Below are positions 22,377-36,269 of a stretch of 42,563 nucleotides of DNA, piece by piece. The position numbers and the translations under genes are program-made. This DNA is from Chiloscyllium plagiosum (Eukaryota): the NCBI RefSeq assembly GCF_004010195.1, contig NC_057718.1, positions 24,128,605-24,171,167 on the forward strand, given 5' to 3'. Positions within the stretch are counted from its first letter, which is position 1. Each line of letters opens with the position of its first letter. The notes below the pieces were generated by a model that did not search any database, had not been told where the DNA came from, and worked only from the letters and a program-made list of their open reading frames with translations.

Positions 22377-23730
22377 TAGGTAAATTCCTCATAAAGTTAT
22401 TTGTCACTATTTTCCAAAATCTATTCACAGCTGCTCACAATGTATTATGATGTTTAGCTGTTCTCAGTAAGGCACTTTGAAGGTAAGTGGATGCGTGATC
22501 AGCAGGTATGGAATAAGTGTCAACTTACATTCAAGTAATGAATGCACATACACGATCAGCCTCAACAGTAGTAACTTGAATTGATACTTCTGTCATTCAT
22601 AATTTACCCTCTGAACAGTAAGCATGTAACATGGTTTGTACTGTAAATCCTAAATGAAAGGGTTGAGTTTCAGTGCTCAAAATGAATTGCATGTGGATTT
22701 AAAATTACCATTTACGAAGTTGTTAGAGAAAAAGGCGGTGCAGGTGTCTTGAACGTGAGTTTGAATATATTTCATAAGGTTTCCATCACTTCTGAACTGA
22801 TCGGCAGCTGTTTGATGTATGTTAGGCTAAATTTGGTGAAGTGAACCAATGCTACCTTTTTTGCATATTTATGTAAACATCATCTTAATCAATGTACAGA
22901 GTTTTGCAGCTGCAAAAAGTGATTCCTCACTTTCCCCTGGCGTCATTGAATGGTGGGGAAATGCTTCAGGCTACTTCCTACATCATGAAAGTTTAAGTAA
23001 TTGCAGCAATTAATGTGCATTACAAACCAAACCACTCCTTCAGCAAGCCACAACTTTGTAGATGGAGAAGTCAAATATACAAATGAAAGAATAATAAATT
23101 TTACGTTTGGGGAAAAAAAAGGTCATCCATACCATTGACATTACATTTAAGCTTTACAAATGTTCTCAAAACAAGATTGCAGAATATGTTGACCTAGCAA
23201 TATATATTAAATATCTTAATCATTATCACTTGTCTAAGAATACCAATAAAAGAAGCCAGCTGATGTGTTACATAAACAAACTAGTCTCTTGTGAAGTTCT
23301 TTGGAAGGGACAGTAAGATACAGCAAGATGCATACAAAATCAAAACTTTGCTCTATTAAAGCATGGAATCTTTTATTTTCCTAGAGTCCCTCTTCTGGTA
23401 CTTTTAGATGGCAACCTTAAGTGGATAAAGCATACAATGCACATCTCAGTACGTAACATTCTGCCCCTTCTTGGTAAATAGGAAATAGTGTGCTTCAGTG
23501 CTTCTGAAAGTATAAATAAAACATTAAGCATGATGTGAGCATTCATTTTCTCCAGTTACACAGTTCTAACCTTAGTTAATTTAACAATGCAGTCAGTCAC
23601 ATTCAGTGAGGTGAAACATGTGCTGCATGTTCAATTCATGAATCAATTTGTAATACAATCTTTTAACATTAGACAAGGCATGTTTCTTCACAAGTAGGAT
23701 ATCGTCTGATAACAGTTGTGGTCTCATTTC

Positions 23731-23930
23731 AAATAAAAATAGGAAGTGCTGGTGAAACTCAGCAGGGTTAGCATCAGTGGACAGAAAATCAGTTGACATT
23801 TAGAGTCCAGTGACCCTTTACCTGTTCTGTTCTAACTCTGTTTTCCTCTCCAGAGATGCTGCTAGACCTGCTGGGTTACTCCAGTACTTTGTTTTTGTTT
23901 CAGATCTCTAACATTCTCAGTTGTTTGTTT
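23731..23930. mobile_element. Old Penelope-like pLTR-derived imperfect palindrome
   Basis: aaataaaaataggaagtgctggtgaaactcagcagg pairs imperfectly with cctgctgggttactccagtactttgtttttgttt, followed by a ~30-nt one-sided tail. Confidence 0.7.
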
Positions 23931-24549
23931 TACTTTGGTGGTCTGATTTAACTTGGTTTTTCAGCTGGGATGGCTCAAAATTGGATTTAAAACTTGCAAA
24001 TGATGTCTTCAGTGCTTTGAAAAATGCCATGATTCTCAAATCAAAATTGGTGATCCTATTGTGAGAGTGGCTGGATGTCAGAGAGAGTTGTTTGTGTTCC
24101 AATAGGGCCATCACGTTTCACCGTACTTGTTGCTACTTTGCCAGCTAGGTTTAGCAAATTTGGCACTGCATTTATTTATTTAATAAATGTTCATTTACGT
24201 GTCTATGGATATGTGTACACATATGATATACAAGATGTATGTAGCCAGAGGCTTGCCTGGAGAAACAGAAGCTGCCAATAATTTGCATTCAGCTAGGCTC
24301 TATACATCACTATGGTTTTTTTTTAAAAAGAACAAATCTCTTGACATTTTCATTAGTTCATGGTGAGATCTTCAATGTGTCTTCATGTCCTTGAAGTGCA
24401 GATTAATCATGTGCTAAACTGCCTATGTTTTTGAATTGACCACAAAGTTGAGGATCTTGTATCGCAAAATTTTGGTGTGTGTGGAGAATTCCATGAAGCA
24501 CCTCCTTTGATATATACATGCACGTTCACCATCTGGTTCTTGAGTTTCT

Positions 24550-24794
24550 TAGAGTCATGGTCAGAAGAATACAGTATAGAAACTGGCCCTTTGGTCCAAT
24601 CGTCCATGCCGACCAGATATCCTAAAGTAATCTAGTCCCAATTGCAAGCACTTTGTGCCTATTCCCCTGAACTCTTCCTATTCGTACACCCATTCAGATG
24701 CCTTTTAAGTGTTGTAATTGTATTAGCCTCCACCACTTCCTCTGGCAGCTCATTTCATACACTCACCATGCAATGCGTGAAAATGTTGACCCTC
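24550..24794 (-). mobile_element. CR1/HER1 LINE extreme 3' fragment
   Basis: Collinear with 14649-14885 (tagagtcat...ggtccaa...ccagatatccta...ctagtccca...gcgtgaaaa). Confidence 0.93.
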
Positions 24795-27289
24795 CGATGA
24801 CTTGCATGGCTAAGACCCAACTTGCTCATACCAGTTTTCTCAATCATGTGATGGTCAAGTGAGCACTAAAGTTCCTTGTCTGTTTGCTTCCTCTGCTGTA
24901 CTCTTCCTTTTGATGAAATGCATTGTTTTCCTTGAGTTTACTGATGCATGACAAACACTGGTCAAGTTTTAAAATTGGCTGAGCCTTGCATAGGCATTAA
25001 GTTGTCCTGCTACAGGCAAACATTGTATTTGTGGGTAAATCACAACTCTGCGATGATTACTCTTTACTTTGCAGGTGGTTTCCACACAAATGAACAATGA
25101 ATGTTTTTTTCACAGGAATTGAACTTGGAGTTACTGTTACCAGCATTTACTCCGGTTATCCTACAATCTTAAAGTGACGGGAATCTTGCTGATGCCAATA
25201 GCTATGACAGTGTTTTGCATTTCTCAAGTGCTTTTCAGCACAGTGGACTAGAGGAATGACCTTCGATTGTTTGATTTTTCCATTCAGCACCTTGTTGATG
25301 CACCCAAGCAGTGGTTGGTTGACCCATACTGAGTGAACATAGGAGTTGTATTGATATTTCACAGACACTACCCAGAAAAAAAGACAGATGGCACAACAAA
25401 ATTAAACTTGCCTTGTGTATATCTTTCGGGGATGTGCCTACAAGTGGCAATGTTGCGGATTTGCAAATTCTTCGAACTGGTCTGGCATGTTGTGCGAGCT
25501 GTTGATTTAAAATTTAATACTTGAGCCTGTCACATGAAGAAAATGACCTCAGCAGCATTGAGAACTTCAGTCATCGTTTCTTAAGGACGACCGACGGGGG
25601 CGGGGGGGGGGGCATTGTGGCAAAATGTGTCCCTTGACTTCGTGTAGCAGGGATTGTGCCACAGTTTTGAGGCTTAAATGCTTTCACAGCAATTAGTCTG
25701 TTTTCCAGTATGCCCGTCAATGTTAGATGTTGATCTGTGTGAATATTTTGCAATAAATCTTAAGCATCTAAAAAGAATTAATAGTGATGTTTGTGAATCA
25801 CATTTAGTCACAGTCTGAGTTCTGTGAAATAGATTTCTGGGGGTTACCAAACTTTTTAAATCAAAAAAATCCCAAGTGCTAGTCATATATTGCGGCGCCA
25901 GCACTGGCGCCAAGAGGTACTTGGTATTTCTTGTACTGGCAGATGTATTTCAGTTAAGTCATAGACTGAAGTCTGAAAACAATGATATGGTCGTTTTCCC
26001 CAGTCAAGTACTCGAGTCAGTTTGAGTCAATAATGAGAACCAAATGAATAAAGGAGTCAAGCTAACATCTGTGGGTCTGCTACATATGACACACGTTCAC
26101 TGCAAGGCTTGCATGATGTGCAATTATATTAACAATGACTTGACATGAAAATCTGTAACTTTTGCTGCTTAATGTACTGCATGCAATTACGCAGCCGTAC
26201 ATGGAAGCATCAGAAACTTTTATACACCCAGCATGTGTTGAAATTTGCGAGCCCTTTCAAGTTCTGATGAACAAATGATGAATGGATTTTGTGCCCTTTT
26301 CAATCTAGTGTTTGTTGTTTGGAGTAATCCTACTCTGGCATCATGCTAGAGCAGTAAACCAAGCTGAGATCATGTACCTTGTGGCTTGACAGACCTGTAA
26401 AACAGGGTCAAAAGTAGTCGACTTTAGTTGTTTCAAACTTGGGATCTATTCTGTTGCACCTCATTTTCCCCCAACACCCTCCCAAAATAAACCTGTTAAA
26501 AATCCGGCTGTATTATATGCACTTTTGCCATTTGATGTTTGAATGCACGCAGCTCCTGAGCACTGTTTCAGGATGAATAAAGAGAGACTGATCCTAATGA
26601 CCACTGTTCATCCATAGTACCATCTCAACACAGTATTCTGTCTCATTCTTTCCTACTCATTTTTCAAAGTGTATCGACTGGAATTGGATCAAGGAAATTT
26701 TAATGGCACACAGTGCATATTGAGTGTGCCAGAGCAACTGCAGTTAAGTACTTTTTTATATATATAAAAGAGCTAATATTCATTATAAATTGTGCTGTTG
26801 GACCTGCCAAAAACTTTCTTCTCCTCTTTTATCTCTTGTCTCGATTAAGAGATTATTAGAACAAAGTTCACCTTTATCTTTGGTCAAACTTATGTAGTTC
26901 AGTTAGAACTCAGTAAAGACTTTGCAAAGGAGATCAGACCTGAGACATGAAGGGCTGCCAAAAGATAAGGACTGTCAAATTGCCTGGCGAATAAATCTTA
27001 AACCATGGCTTTTTCACCTTTCTCTTAGACTTTGTATTAATTCTAATTAGAAATTAAAATTCTGGTTCCACTTAGTTCAAAGGATGCCACTTTATTGATT
27101 TCCAGTGTAAAATGGAATGTGAAAGAACAATCTGCAAAATGGATAAGATATTAGTGTTGTCAGCAAAATAGTTCTTGAGGATATAGTCTGTTCTGGAGTA
27201 AGATGGTTACTACCTTTTTAGAGATGTTAACCAGCTAAGTATTTTGTAAGTTTGCGATAATCAGTGGCAATGTTTCATTATATAATGTA

Positions 27290-28164
27290 GGTAAAAACAA
27301 GGACTGCAGATGCTGGAAACCAGATTCTAGATTAGAGTGGTGCTGGAAAAGCACAGTAGGTCAGACAGCATCCAAGGAGCAGGAAAATCGACGTTTTGGG
27401 CAAAAGCCCTTCATTAGGAATACAGGCAGAGTGCCTGCAGGATGGAGAGATAAATGAGAGGAGGGTGGAAGGGTGGGGAGAAAGTAGCATAGAGTACAGT
27501 AGATGAATCGGGGTGGGGATGGAGGTGATTGGTCGGGGAGGAACGTGGGGAAGGTAGCAAAGATAACAATGGGTGAATGGGGGTGGGGATGAAGGTGATA
27601 GGTCAGAGAGGAGGGTGGAGTGGATAGGTGGAAAGGAAGATAGGCAGGTAGGACAAGTCATGGGGATAGTGCTGAGCTGGAAGTTTGGAACTAGGGTGAG
27701 GTGGGGGAAGGGGAAATGAGGAAACTGTTGAAGTCCACATTGATGTCCTGGGGTTGAAATGTTTCGAGGCGGAAGATGAGGCTTTCTTCCTCCAGGCGTC
27801 TGATGGTGAGGGAGCGGCGGTGAAGGAGGCTCAGGATCTCCATGTCCTCGGCTGAGTGGGAGGGGGAGTTGAAATGTTGGGCCACGGGGCGGTGTGGTTG
27901 ATTGGTGCGGGTGTCCCAGAGATGTTCCCTAAAGCGCTCTGCAAGGAGACGTCCAGTCTCCCCAATGTAGGGGAGACCGCATCGGGAGCAATGGATACAA
28001 TAAATGACATTGGTGGATGTGCAGGTAAAACTTTGATGGATGTGGAAGGCTCCTTTGGGGCCTTGGATGGAGGTGAGGGAGGAGGTGTGGGCGCAGGTTT
28101 TGCCATTCTTGTGGTGGCAGGGGAAGGTGCCAAGAAGGAAGGGTGGGTTGTAGGGGGCATGGGT
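27290..28164 (-). mobile_element. 5'-truncated Penelope-like element (GIY-YIG endonuclease, 3' UTR and pLTR)
   Basis: Contains a GIY-YIG frame, a C/T-rich UTR and a pLTR homologous to the short palindromes. The hammerhead core is mutated (CUAAUGA...AAAAC, 27390-27417). Confidence 0.93.
27691..28164 (-). pseudogene. PLE GIY-YIG endonuclease domain, open frame without its own start
   Basis: Hand translation: GTFPCHHKNGKTCAH...FTCTSTNVIYCIHCSRCGLPYIGETGRLLAERFREH...VAQHFN...RRLEEESLIFRLETFQPQDIN, with no stop over 157 codons. The Cys-rich linker suggests the Neptune group. Confidence 0.88.
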
Positions 28165-28789
28165 TAATCCTGTAATTGTACAAAACCAATGACAACATGG
28201 CCAAGTAATAACAGCATATAATTTACATTCTCCAGTGTAAATCTAGAAATTTCTAGAGAGGTATGTGAAGAGGACCGAAATATAACTTTAAAATGATGAC
28301 TGGTTTAAGTCTGAATGCCCTCGCTGGATTATGAGTCCACTTCATCTGTAGACCAGCCTTTCACAATTCCTGGTTATAAAATGCAACAGAGGTTTGATTA
28401 ATGCTGAAAAAGAGCCTAATATTTTCATATTTGTCCAAAATTGCCTTTCCTTTGCTTTTGTGAAGGGCTTAGAAATGCTTTTCTGAGGGGTCAAATTAGC
28501 ATGTTTCCACACTCTGGAAAGGTTCATTGAATACTTCTATCATTATGGCTGAAATCAACTCTGGCATTCCTGTATTAGTGTTCAGTTCAAGCATTTGCAT
28601 GTAAATTCATTGTCCCAATGTTTGTCTATAAATTCAAGTTGCCATTTTTCATATCATTTATCCAGTGTGTTTAACTGATTTCCAAAATTAATTAGTCTGT
28701 GAATTCTTGCTGACAAACTATGCGTATTCCCTTTCATAACTTTGGCATATTTAATTGGCTGAACTGCCTTGATCAATTTTTTGAAATGT

Positions 28790-29071
28790 GATCACTGTTC
28801 TAGCATAAATAAATACAGCCAATTTACACATAACAAGATCCCATAAACAGGAATGAAATAAAATCCCAATTTAACTATTTTAATGTATTGGTGATTCATA
28901 ATATTAGTTGCGGCACCCTATTTAAGCTCACCTCAGATGGGATGTCAGTTCCAAGGGGATTCAACAGAGCAACAGCAGCACACCGTGGCATGCGAGGGCA
29001 GATCAGAAGTGGGTTTGAACCTAAGTCTTTTGATAAAAGGTCAAGAATGCAGCCACCAATCCACAGCTAAC
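28790..29071 (-). mobile_element. Old tRNA-derived SINE, probably Deu-domain (SacSINE1-like)
   Basis: Minus-strand head gttagctgtgg... with B box GGTTCAAACCC (29011-29021). Downstream tgtttatgggatcttgttatgtgtaaattggctg resembles the 3' block of this SINE group as I recall it. Confidence 0.55.
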
Positions 29072-30229
29072 GTTTGAAGAAATTATGTCAAAACCATTGA
29101 ATAAAACTAAAGCTGTACATAAGAGGCTGCTTATGGGGTCAGTAATTCTGAAGTAGCCACCTAATCTGGAAGGTTGAATGCTTGTTCTACTGTGAAAGTC
29201 ATCCACTAAACCCTATTTTAGATGGCTGTGTTAGCATGGATAGTACCAGATAGCCATTATTCCATACTTAATAGGTAACGCTGCTGCAGGCTTTCAACAG
29301 ATGATCTCAAGTACCAAAACACTAGAATCAATTTCCAACAAGTTCTTCAAGGTGTGCAGATTCTAAATTCACTTAGGTCTAAGGGATGTCAATGGGCTGA
29401 ACAATGATAATCATTTGCCTTATTACGGAGTGTTTGCCATTCTCTGCATTCCTGCACATATAATAAAAAGAATAGTGTTCAGAAACAGGAGTGTATATGG
29501 GATGCAGTATGAAACTATTACAAATTTGGTTGTGTTTAATCGTGAATAATAACCCAACAATACCAACATAGCTGTGTGTTAAAGGAGGAAGAGATCAGCA
29601 ATCCACAGACAGCCTTTGCTCGAGCACAGACTGTCATGGAGCAATTCTTGCTCTCACAGGGGAATTCTTGTTGGATGTAATAATGAAAAACACATTTGTA
29701 TTCAACTTCCAAGTTAACCACACAGACGTATTTTAATTGTGTATATATTGGAAGGGCTTTGCAAGGCGGCATGAAGGACTTGAAGTGAACTATTTTAACC
29801 CTCTCTAAGTCTGTTTATGCTGAAAAATATTTCTGATTCCTTTTTAATGCATTTATTCACCCAACCTTGTGAATCTACAACTTGTGCAAACAACATTTCA
29901 GCACCAGTGGGTTTATTTCTTTTTGCCCAGCTTAATTGTGAGCAATGGATAGGGTTCCATTTTGGTTAATTGGTTTTTGGAGCTGATTGTGCCACATTTC
30001 TGACTGGCAGAAAGAGCTTTCTCTCCTCTTTTATTCATTGTCTTCCCCCAGCCACGGTACCTTCAAGAAATATTGAAAATTGGTCATCATGGGATGGGTT
30101 CACGTCTTAATAATTACTAGGTTTTAAACTTGCAATGGAGTCAGGAGAGCCACTGAAACACTATTGTATGCAAAAATGAAACTTACATTTGAAAAGTAGA
30201 AGGGGAAGAAAATTCTGTTCTCTTCAGCA

Positions 30230-30650
30230 CTGTTACTGATTTGATTTGCCCAATGTATATGCAGATTAAGGCCACCCATAATTATTTGTATCTTATTGCT
30301 TGCAGCTCTAATTTTCTGTTTACTGCCTCCTTCAATATTGCCACTACAATTGGGGGGTATAACTCCAACTTTTTTTCTGACTCGTCAGTGCTTCTAAGTT
30401 CTACTTGTAAAGATTCCACTTGAATGGAGCTTATATCATCCTCACTGTTGTGTTAATATCCTCTTTAACTGACAGTGCTACTGCTCTCCTTTTTACTCTT
30501 TTTGCCTCTTTCCTAAAATTTTAATACTCCTGGGGATTCAATTCCCATTCCTGCTCACTCTGCAAACATATCTCTGTAATCCTAACTATATTCATAGTGC
30601 AGTTAGTTACTGATCTTGTTGGGGTGGCATTGTAAATCAGTACTAATCAG
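30230..30650 (-). mobile_element. Old CR1 ORF2 endonuclease-region fragment
   Basis: Minus-strand remnants IVRITEICLQSEQEWELN, FRKE, AVALSVKEDI, VESLQVELR and PPNC follow the CR1 APE motif order, with frameshifts. Confidence 0.7.
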
Positions 30651-31009
30651 GTATACTTTGCCTTCCTCGTGAATCACCAGCGCTTTGTTTCCCTTGTAGT
30701 TTGGTGTCAAATTTTAAAATTGGATTTATTGTCACATGTACTCACATGAGTGCAGTGAAGAGTGTATAAAGCACTTATGGTGCTATTTTAGTTACAAAAT
30801 CTTAGGAGTAAATTAGACAAGTTAAGAAACTAAATGTACAGCATTACAGTCCTTCAAGCAGACCACACGAGCCTGTGCCTCCAGCTTGCACCAGGCCTCA
30901 CCTCTAGTCCACATTGAACTCAACCTGGGACTACTTGCTCTTGACCCACCTGCTCGTTTTCTCCACTGCCTGTGTTCTCAGGGGAGCAAGGAGCACAGTC
31001 TCCACATCT

Positions 31010-31390
31010 GTAATAATCTGGATGCCTGGGATAACATAGAACAGTAAACGATCTGGTAAATCTAGTTCAAATCTCACAATGACAGCTAGTGGAATTTAAA
31101 TTGATTCAATACATGTTAGTCTTAGTAATGGTGTCACAAAACTAAGATTATGATAATTTGTTGTAAAATCCCATCTGGTTCACTCATGTCCTTTTAAAGA
31201 AGGAAATCTTGGAGTGCTTACTCACTCTCTGGCCTAGATGTAACTTCAGACCCATAGCAATGTGATTGAGTTGTAACTCCCCCACTCACCCACCCCGCAA
31301 GTGTCCTAGCAAGCCATTCTGTTTTTCGGGCAGTTAAAGATGGGCAACAAATATTGATCTTGCCAATACTCTCATCCCATGAAATAATCA
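31010..31390 (+). mobile_element. Old tRNA-derived SINE (same family as 6281-6500)
   Basis: B-box-like agttcaaatct (~31064), body collinear with 6281-6490, and tail similar to 1154-1205. Confidence 0.65.
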
Positions 31391-32436
31391 AGATTTTTTT
31401 TTTTGCTTGACCATCCCTGTAAATGGAACTTGCTGTAGGTACTGTGTAATTATAAGTTCTTCTTCTGGTCAGTGGACTTTGCCACTGCTTATCTGGTAAA
31501 AATGCTATACAGTCCTTGTTGGAATGGATGGTTGGACGAGACTGGAGAAGTACTTTTTTTTAACAAAGACAATAATAATCTATGGAATTGAGAAAAGGCA
31601 ATTATAGACAAATGTATACCCAGGTTTCCTATCCCTATTAGGTTTTCCGTTGGGAGTTGTTATTACATGCTCTTTCCATAAAGGGGAGAAATTATTAATT
31701 GCTTTATACAGTATTTTCTGTTTGTGTGATTACTGTTTCACAGTTGCATTGGAATCCTTGCCCTATGCAGTGACTTGCACAGGTTTCCAGACCTCAAGGC
31801 TTTTGTAACTACTGGTATAATTTTCATCTTTAAAATGAGTGAAACTTTTTTTTCCTCTCACATTTTGTTGATCGTCACCATCATTGTCACAATTTGCCAG
31901 AAAATGACCTGGAACGCCTATATCAATTCAGCCCTAGCAAGACGAAGATGAAAGGTAAGTACACTACCAAGACTAGCTCATCTAATCCATCCAAATTTCT
32001 TCACCCCAAAGTTCAAAGTTGGAAACGGGACAAATGGCTTATTTGGTATGGCTCTGCCCATCCAGTACTTGAAGCTGGATATCATTTAGGACACTGTGGG
32101 TTTTCTTGATTAGTATCGTTTTATATCTGCATTTGGAGTTATAATCAACTCCTTTCAGCACTGCTTGAAATTTACAAATGCACTGCAGCAACTCTAAGAG
32201 TCACTTAAACTGCATTTCCCTCTCTTGTGATCTCTGCCGCCAGTGCCTTGAGTTCATGATTCAGACTTGATGATGTATTGCTGCTCTATAAGTACCGCTG
32301 AGCCTTGGGAGTGTTGTTGGCATAAAAAAAAAGTGGAATCTTGCCATTGTTATGAACATTCAGCAATTTTTAAAAAAATAAGTAATTGCAAATCTTGTCA
32401 ATCGATAGGAACTTGTAGTGTTGCTGAACTTTACAA

Positions 32437-33035
32437 ACACATATCATCTATTGCATCCTTTGCACCCGATGTGGCCTCCTCTATATTGGGGAGACGGGCC
32501 GCCTACTTGCGGAGCGTTTCAGGGAACACCTCTGGGACACCCGGACCAACCAACCCAACCACCCTGTAGCTCAACATTTCAATTCCCCCTCCCACTCCAC
32601 CAAGGATATGCAGGTCTTTGGACTCCTCCATCGTCAGACCACAGCGAAACGACGGTTGGAGGAAGAACGCCTCATCTTCTGCCTAGTAACCCTCCAACCA
32701 CAAGGGATGAACTCGGATTTCACCAGTTTCCTCATTTCCCCTCCCCCCACCCTGTCTCAGTCAAACCCATCAAATTCAGCACCGCCTTCCTAACCTAAGA
32801 TCTTCTTCCCGACCTCTCCACCCCCACCCCAATCTGTCCTATCGCCCTCACCTTGACCTCTTTCCACCTATCACATTTCCGACGCCCCTCCCCCAAGTCC
32901 CTCCTCCCTATCTTTTATCTTAGCCTGCTGGACCAACTTTCCTCATTCCTGAAGAAGGGCTAATGCCCGAAACGTCGATTCTCCTGTTCCCTGGATGCTG
33001 CCTGACCTGCTGTGCTTTTCCAGCAACACATTTCC
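32437..33035 (+). mobile_element. 5'-truncated Penelope-like element (GIY-YIG C-terminus, UTR and pLTR)
   Basis: Open frame 32437-32793 reads THIIYCILCTRCGLLYIGETGRLLAERFREH...RRLEEERLIF...QPQGMN. The pLTR 32941-33033 is almost identical to 14026-14100. Confidence 0.93.
32945..32980 (+). ncRNA. Minimal hammerhead ribozyme core (PLE type)
   Basis: CUGAAGA 32949-32955, GGGC-UAAU-GCCC, GAAA 32969-32972, GUC 32974-32976. Helix I is weak. Confidence 0.6.
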
Positions 33036-33227
33036 ATCTATCAACCATTTAAAATGCCTTGTGCAATACCTTTCCAAATTTTTGAAGAGAAAGTGCTCAA
33101 GACTCATTGACGTTTTGAGAGTGGGGTGAAGGTGGAGTATAATCACCTTTGACTGCATTGTGAGCAAACAATGCATCATTGGGTCCACAGTAATTGGTCT
33201 GGGCTACATCAAGGATCATGACACTAC

Positions 33228-33547
33228 AGTCATAGAATCTCTACAGTGTGGAAGTAGGCCATTCAGCCCAAAGAGTGTCACACCCAGAGCCGTCCCCACC
33301 ACCATAACCCTGCATTTCCCATAGCTAACCCACCTAGCCTGCACATTTCTGGACATTATGGGCAATTTAACATAGCCAATCCACCTAACCTGCACATCTT
33401 TGGTCTGTGGGAAGAAACCAGTGCACCTGCAGGAAACCCATACAGAAGCAGAGAGAATGTGCAAACTCCACATATGGTCACCCAAGGCTAGCATTGAACC
33501 TGCAACCCTGCCACTGTGAGGCAGCATTACTAACCACTGAGCCACCA
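33228..33547 (-). mobile_element. HE1-type SINE (older copy)
   Basis: Reverse complement has tggtggctcagtggttag, the V core tgtggagtttgcacattctc and a ctgtagagattctatgact tail. Confidence 0.93.
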
Positions 33548-36269
33548 AACCAGTGTACTAATGTACATAAAATTGATGCTAATTTCTCATGGTTCAGATC
33601 ACAAAAGTTTTACTTTACAAAAACTGACAAAGTGTACATTGTGATATAAATAACAACATTACCTTAGTGGTCTTGTGGCTGTAATCTAGGTCCTCTCCCC
33701 AACAAAACTACTTAAAATCCACATGTGGTTTTAAAAAAAAAAGGGTCCATGCCACACTAATAATAAAGTAAATCCTACCATACAGTAGTACACTTGAAAT
33801 AAATGATGGTTCAGTGGTTGTAGCAGTTTCTGTGCCCCATGGTGCGTGTTGATGTGAGGCCCTATGTTTGGCTGGGGCCCCAGTAGGCTAGTGTATTAAT
33901 CTACCTTTGGTTTTCCTGGTTGAAAGAATGTTGGATGTTACTCTAACTGATTTGATATTTAATCTGTCTGTGTCTCTGTTTTATTTTTTTGATGGGTGGT
34001 TTGTCTCTCCAATGGCACTGCAGGCTTAGGATAAATGTGACAGTTGCTGGCAATAGTTTTGGCATAATGATGAGCTGAAGCTCCAGGAATCTTGAAGCAT
34101 GATTTATGTAGTTCTAAGACTCTTGGAAGAACTCTGATCATTGTTGAACTGGCTCCTTAAGTCTGATTCAAAGCCTATTTTCAAATGAGTTAAAGTTAGA
34201 ATGGAAAACAGTGCATCACTATTTTTCGTTGTGGTGATCTTTAGTTACTTCTGTATGACACTTATTCTTAGCTCATTTGTTCTTTTTAGCTCAGACTATA
34301 TCACCTGTAAGAATGTTGATTTTATAACACACATTTCTATAATGCAGTTTTTATTGACCCTGTGAGCAGCTGACCCTGGTATCTAGTAAATGTCAAGCTT
34401 TATTGTATAGCATTTTGTAAAACGTAAATGTGCTATCAACTCTGCATTAAAAGTTTGTCTCCTGACAATTTATAATATTTCACTTTTGCTTTTTTGATTT
34501 CTTCATTCTTCAATATGGCTCCATGTAACTAATCTTGAGGTTATGCACTCTCCTCAACACGTCCTTAAGTAAATGTTCATTTTTAAAAATTCTTCATGGT
34601 TATCTTTACTTTCTTGCTCTGGTGTTACTGTCTTGCCATCTACTTTAGTATTAATTCATCAGTACCAAGATCTCAGTTGGATCACATCATAATTGCTTCT
34701 GTTTTAATGAAACTTCAGTCTCTGCAGTCTGATATCCTGATCCTTGGTAATGCCTGAAGTGAACTTTTACTTTTTTTCTTTTTTTTTAAAACCTGTCTGA
34801 TGTGTAAGTTATCCAAAGTATAACTGCTGCCTCTTTCATGTTTTGTATCTCTTTAAAAGTATTTTGTTGTTCCAGTATCTTATTAAACTGAAACGTTTCA
34901 TGATTGTCTTTATTGTGCTGTTGTCTTCAATGACCTATGTATCGGCAGACCATTGCCCTTCTACTCCATTTATAATCTTTTCACTTGAGGTGCTACTTTT
35001 CTTCTCCTTGAACTGTACTTGCTATCTGCCTACCCCATCTCTTTTGAATGTCACAAACCTACCCATAATTTGCTTTAATGTATTGTAAATAAAAGTAGTA
35101 CAGATACAGATCTCTATGAACATTTCTAGTCTCTTCTTAGTGAAAAACATCTTTTGCTTTTGTATGCTAGTTTTTGACTTCAAATTTCTCTATCCATGCG
35201 TCCACATTCTCTCTCGCTTTCTTGTTTTTCCCTCCTGTATATTATCATGTTTTCCAAATGTTTCTGTGGTATCTTAAACATTAACTTTGGTTCATTACTT
35301 TAGGCTGTTGTATCTTCAACCAATGTTGTGCTGTTCATTAAACGTTTGAAATCTATGCCAACCTGTCCAAGTGCTTTGTAAATTGATCCTACATTATTCA
35401 CTCAAGTAGTTCAATGAACATAGAATGTCAATTGACTTGTGGTTTTGTGGTATTTCACTGTCATTTTTTAAAAAATGTCACTTTTTGTTACCATTTATTC
35501 TTCAACACAACCTGCTCTATGGCACTTTGAAGAAAATAACTAAACGTTTTGCTTCACCTTCATTCATTTGGCATTAGTTTGGACTCTTGATCATCAACTG
35601 TAAAATGACTTGCTGACTTAAAGTGGAGCACTATTTAATTGAGTTCCTCTTGCCAACTAGTTCTTTAATTCGTTTAGTGCTTTTCCTGTGCCGCCTTATC
35701 ATTATTCAACACTTGGATGCTTTCTTTTTGAAGAAAATTTTATTTGTGTTTTTAAGTTGTTATTACTCCATCTTTTCTCAATTTTGCCCTTTGTACCAAT
35801 TTAAACAGTCATTTGAAATTGATTAGACCAGATTTGTTGAGGATGGGCAAGTCTGAAAATCCATTAAGATTTTATCACGAACACCCTCCAGCAATGGTAC
35901 TTATTTTTGGATAGGAGGTAGTGAGGGAAGATAAATTTCAAACTGTTGAAAGAACATTGCGATACACTTAGTGCCCTAGCAAAAAAAAAAAAGCAACATC
36001 GGTTTTTGTCTATGACCTCTAGATTTTCAAAAAGGAGCTGTTTTGTAGGTAACCAATACACCCCCAGAGAATAGCTTGATAGCTGTAGTGATGGAAGACT
36101 GAAGTTTTCACTCTTAAAGCAAAGGATCAATTCCTTTGTTTGACAGCAGGAAACTGTGACATCAGTCAGTAGATGAGGTTTTAACCATTGCTGCTTTACT
36201 TCAAGTCATTAACTCTCAGATGCGTAATGCATGTCATCCTGTCTGATGAGTACATTGTTTAGTTTTACT

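Noticed and set aside
27332..28204. Several overlapping Pro- or Gly-rich ORFs
   Set aside because: Alternative frames of the C-rich PLE fragment; only the GIY-YIG frame is meaningful.
34400..35830. Very old minus-strand LINE remnant
   Set aside because: Only scattered motif hints; boundaries and family cannot be supported.
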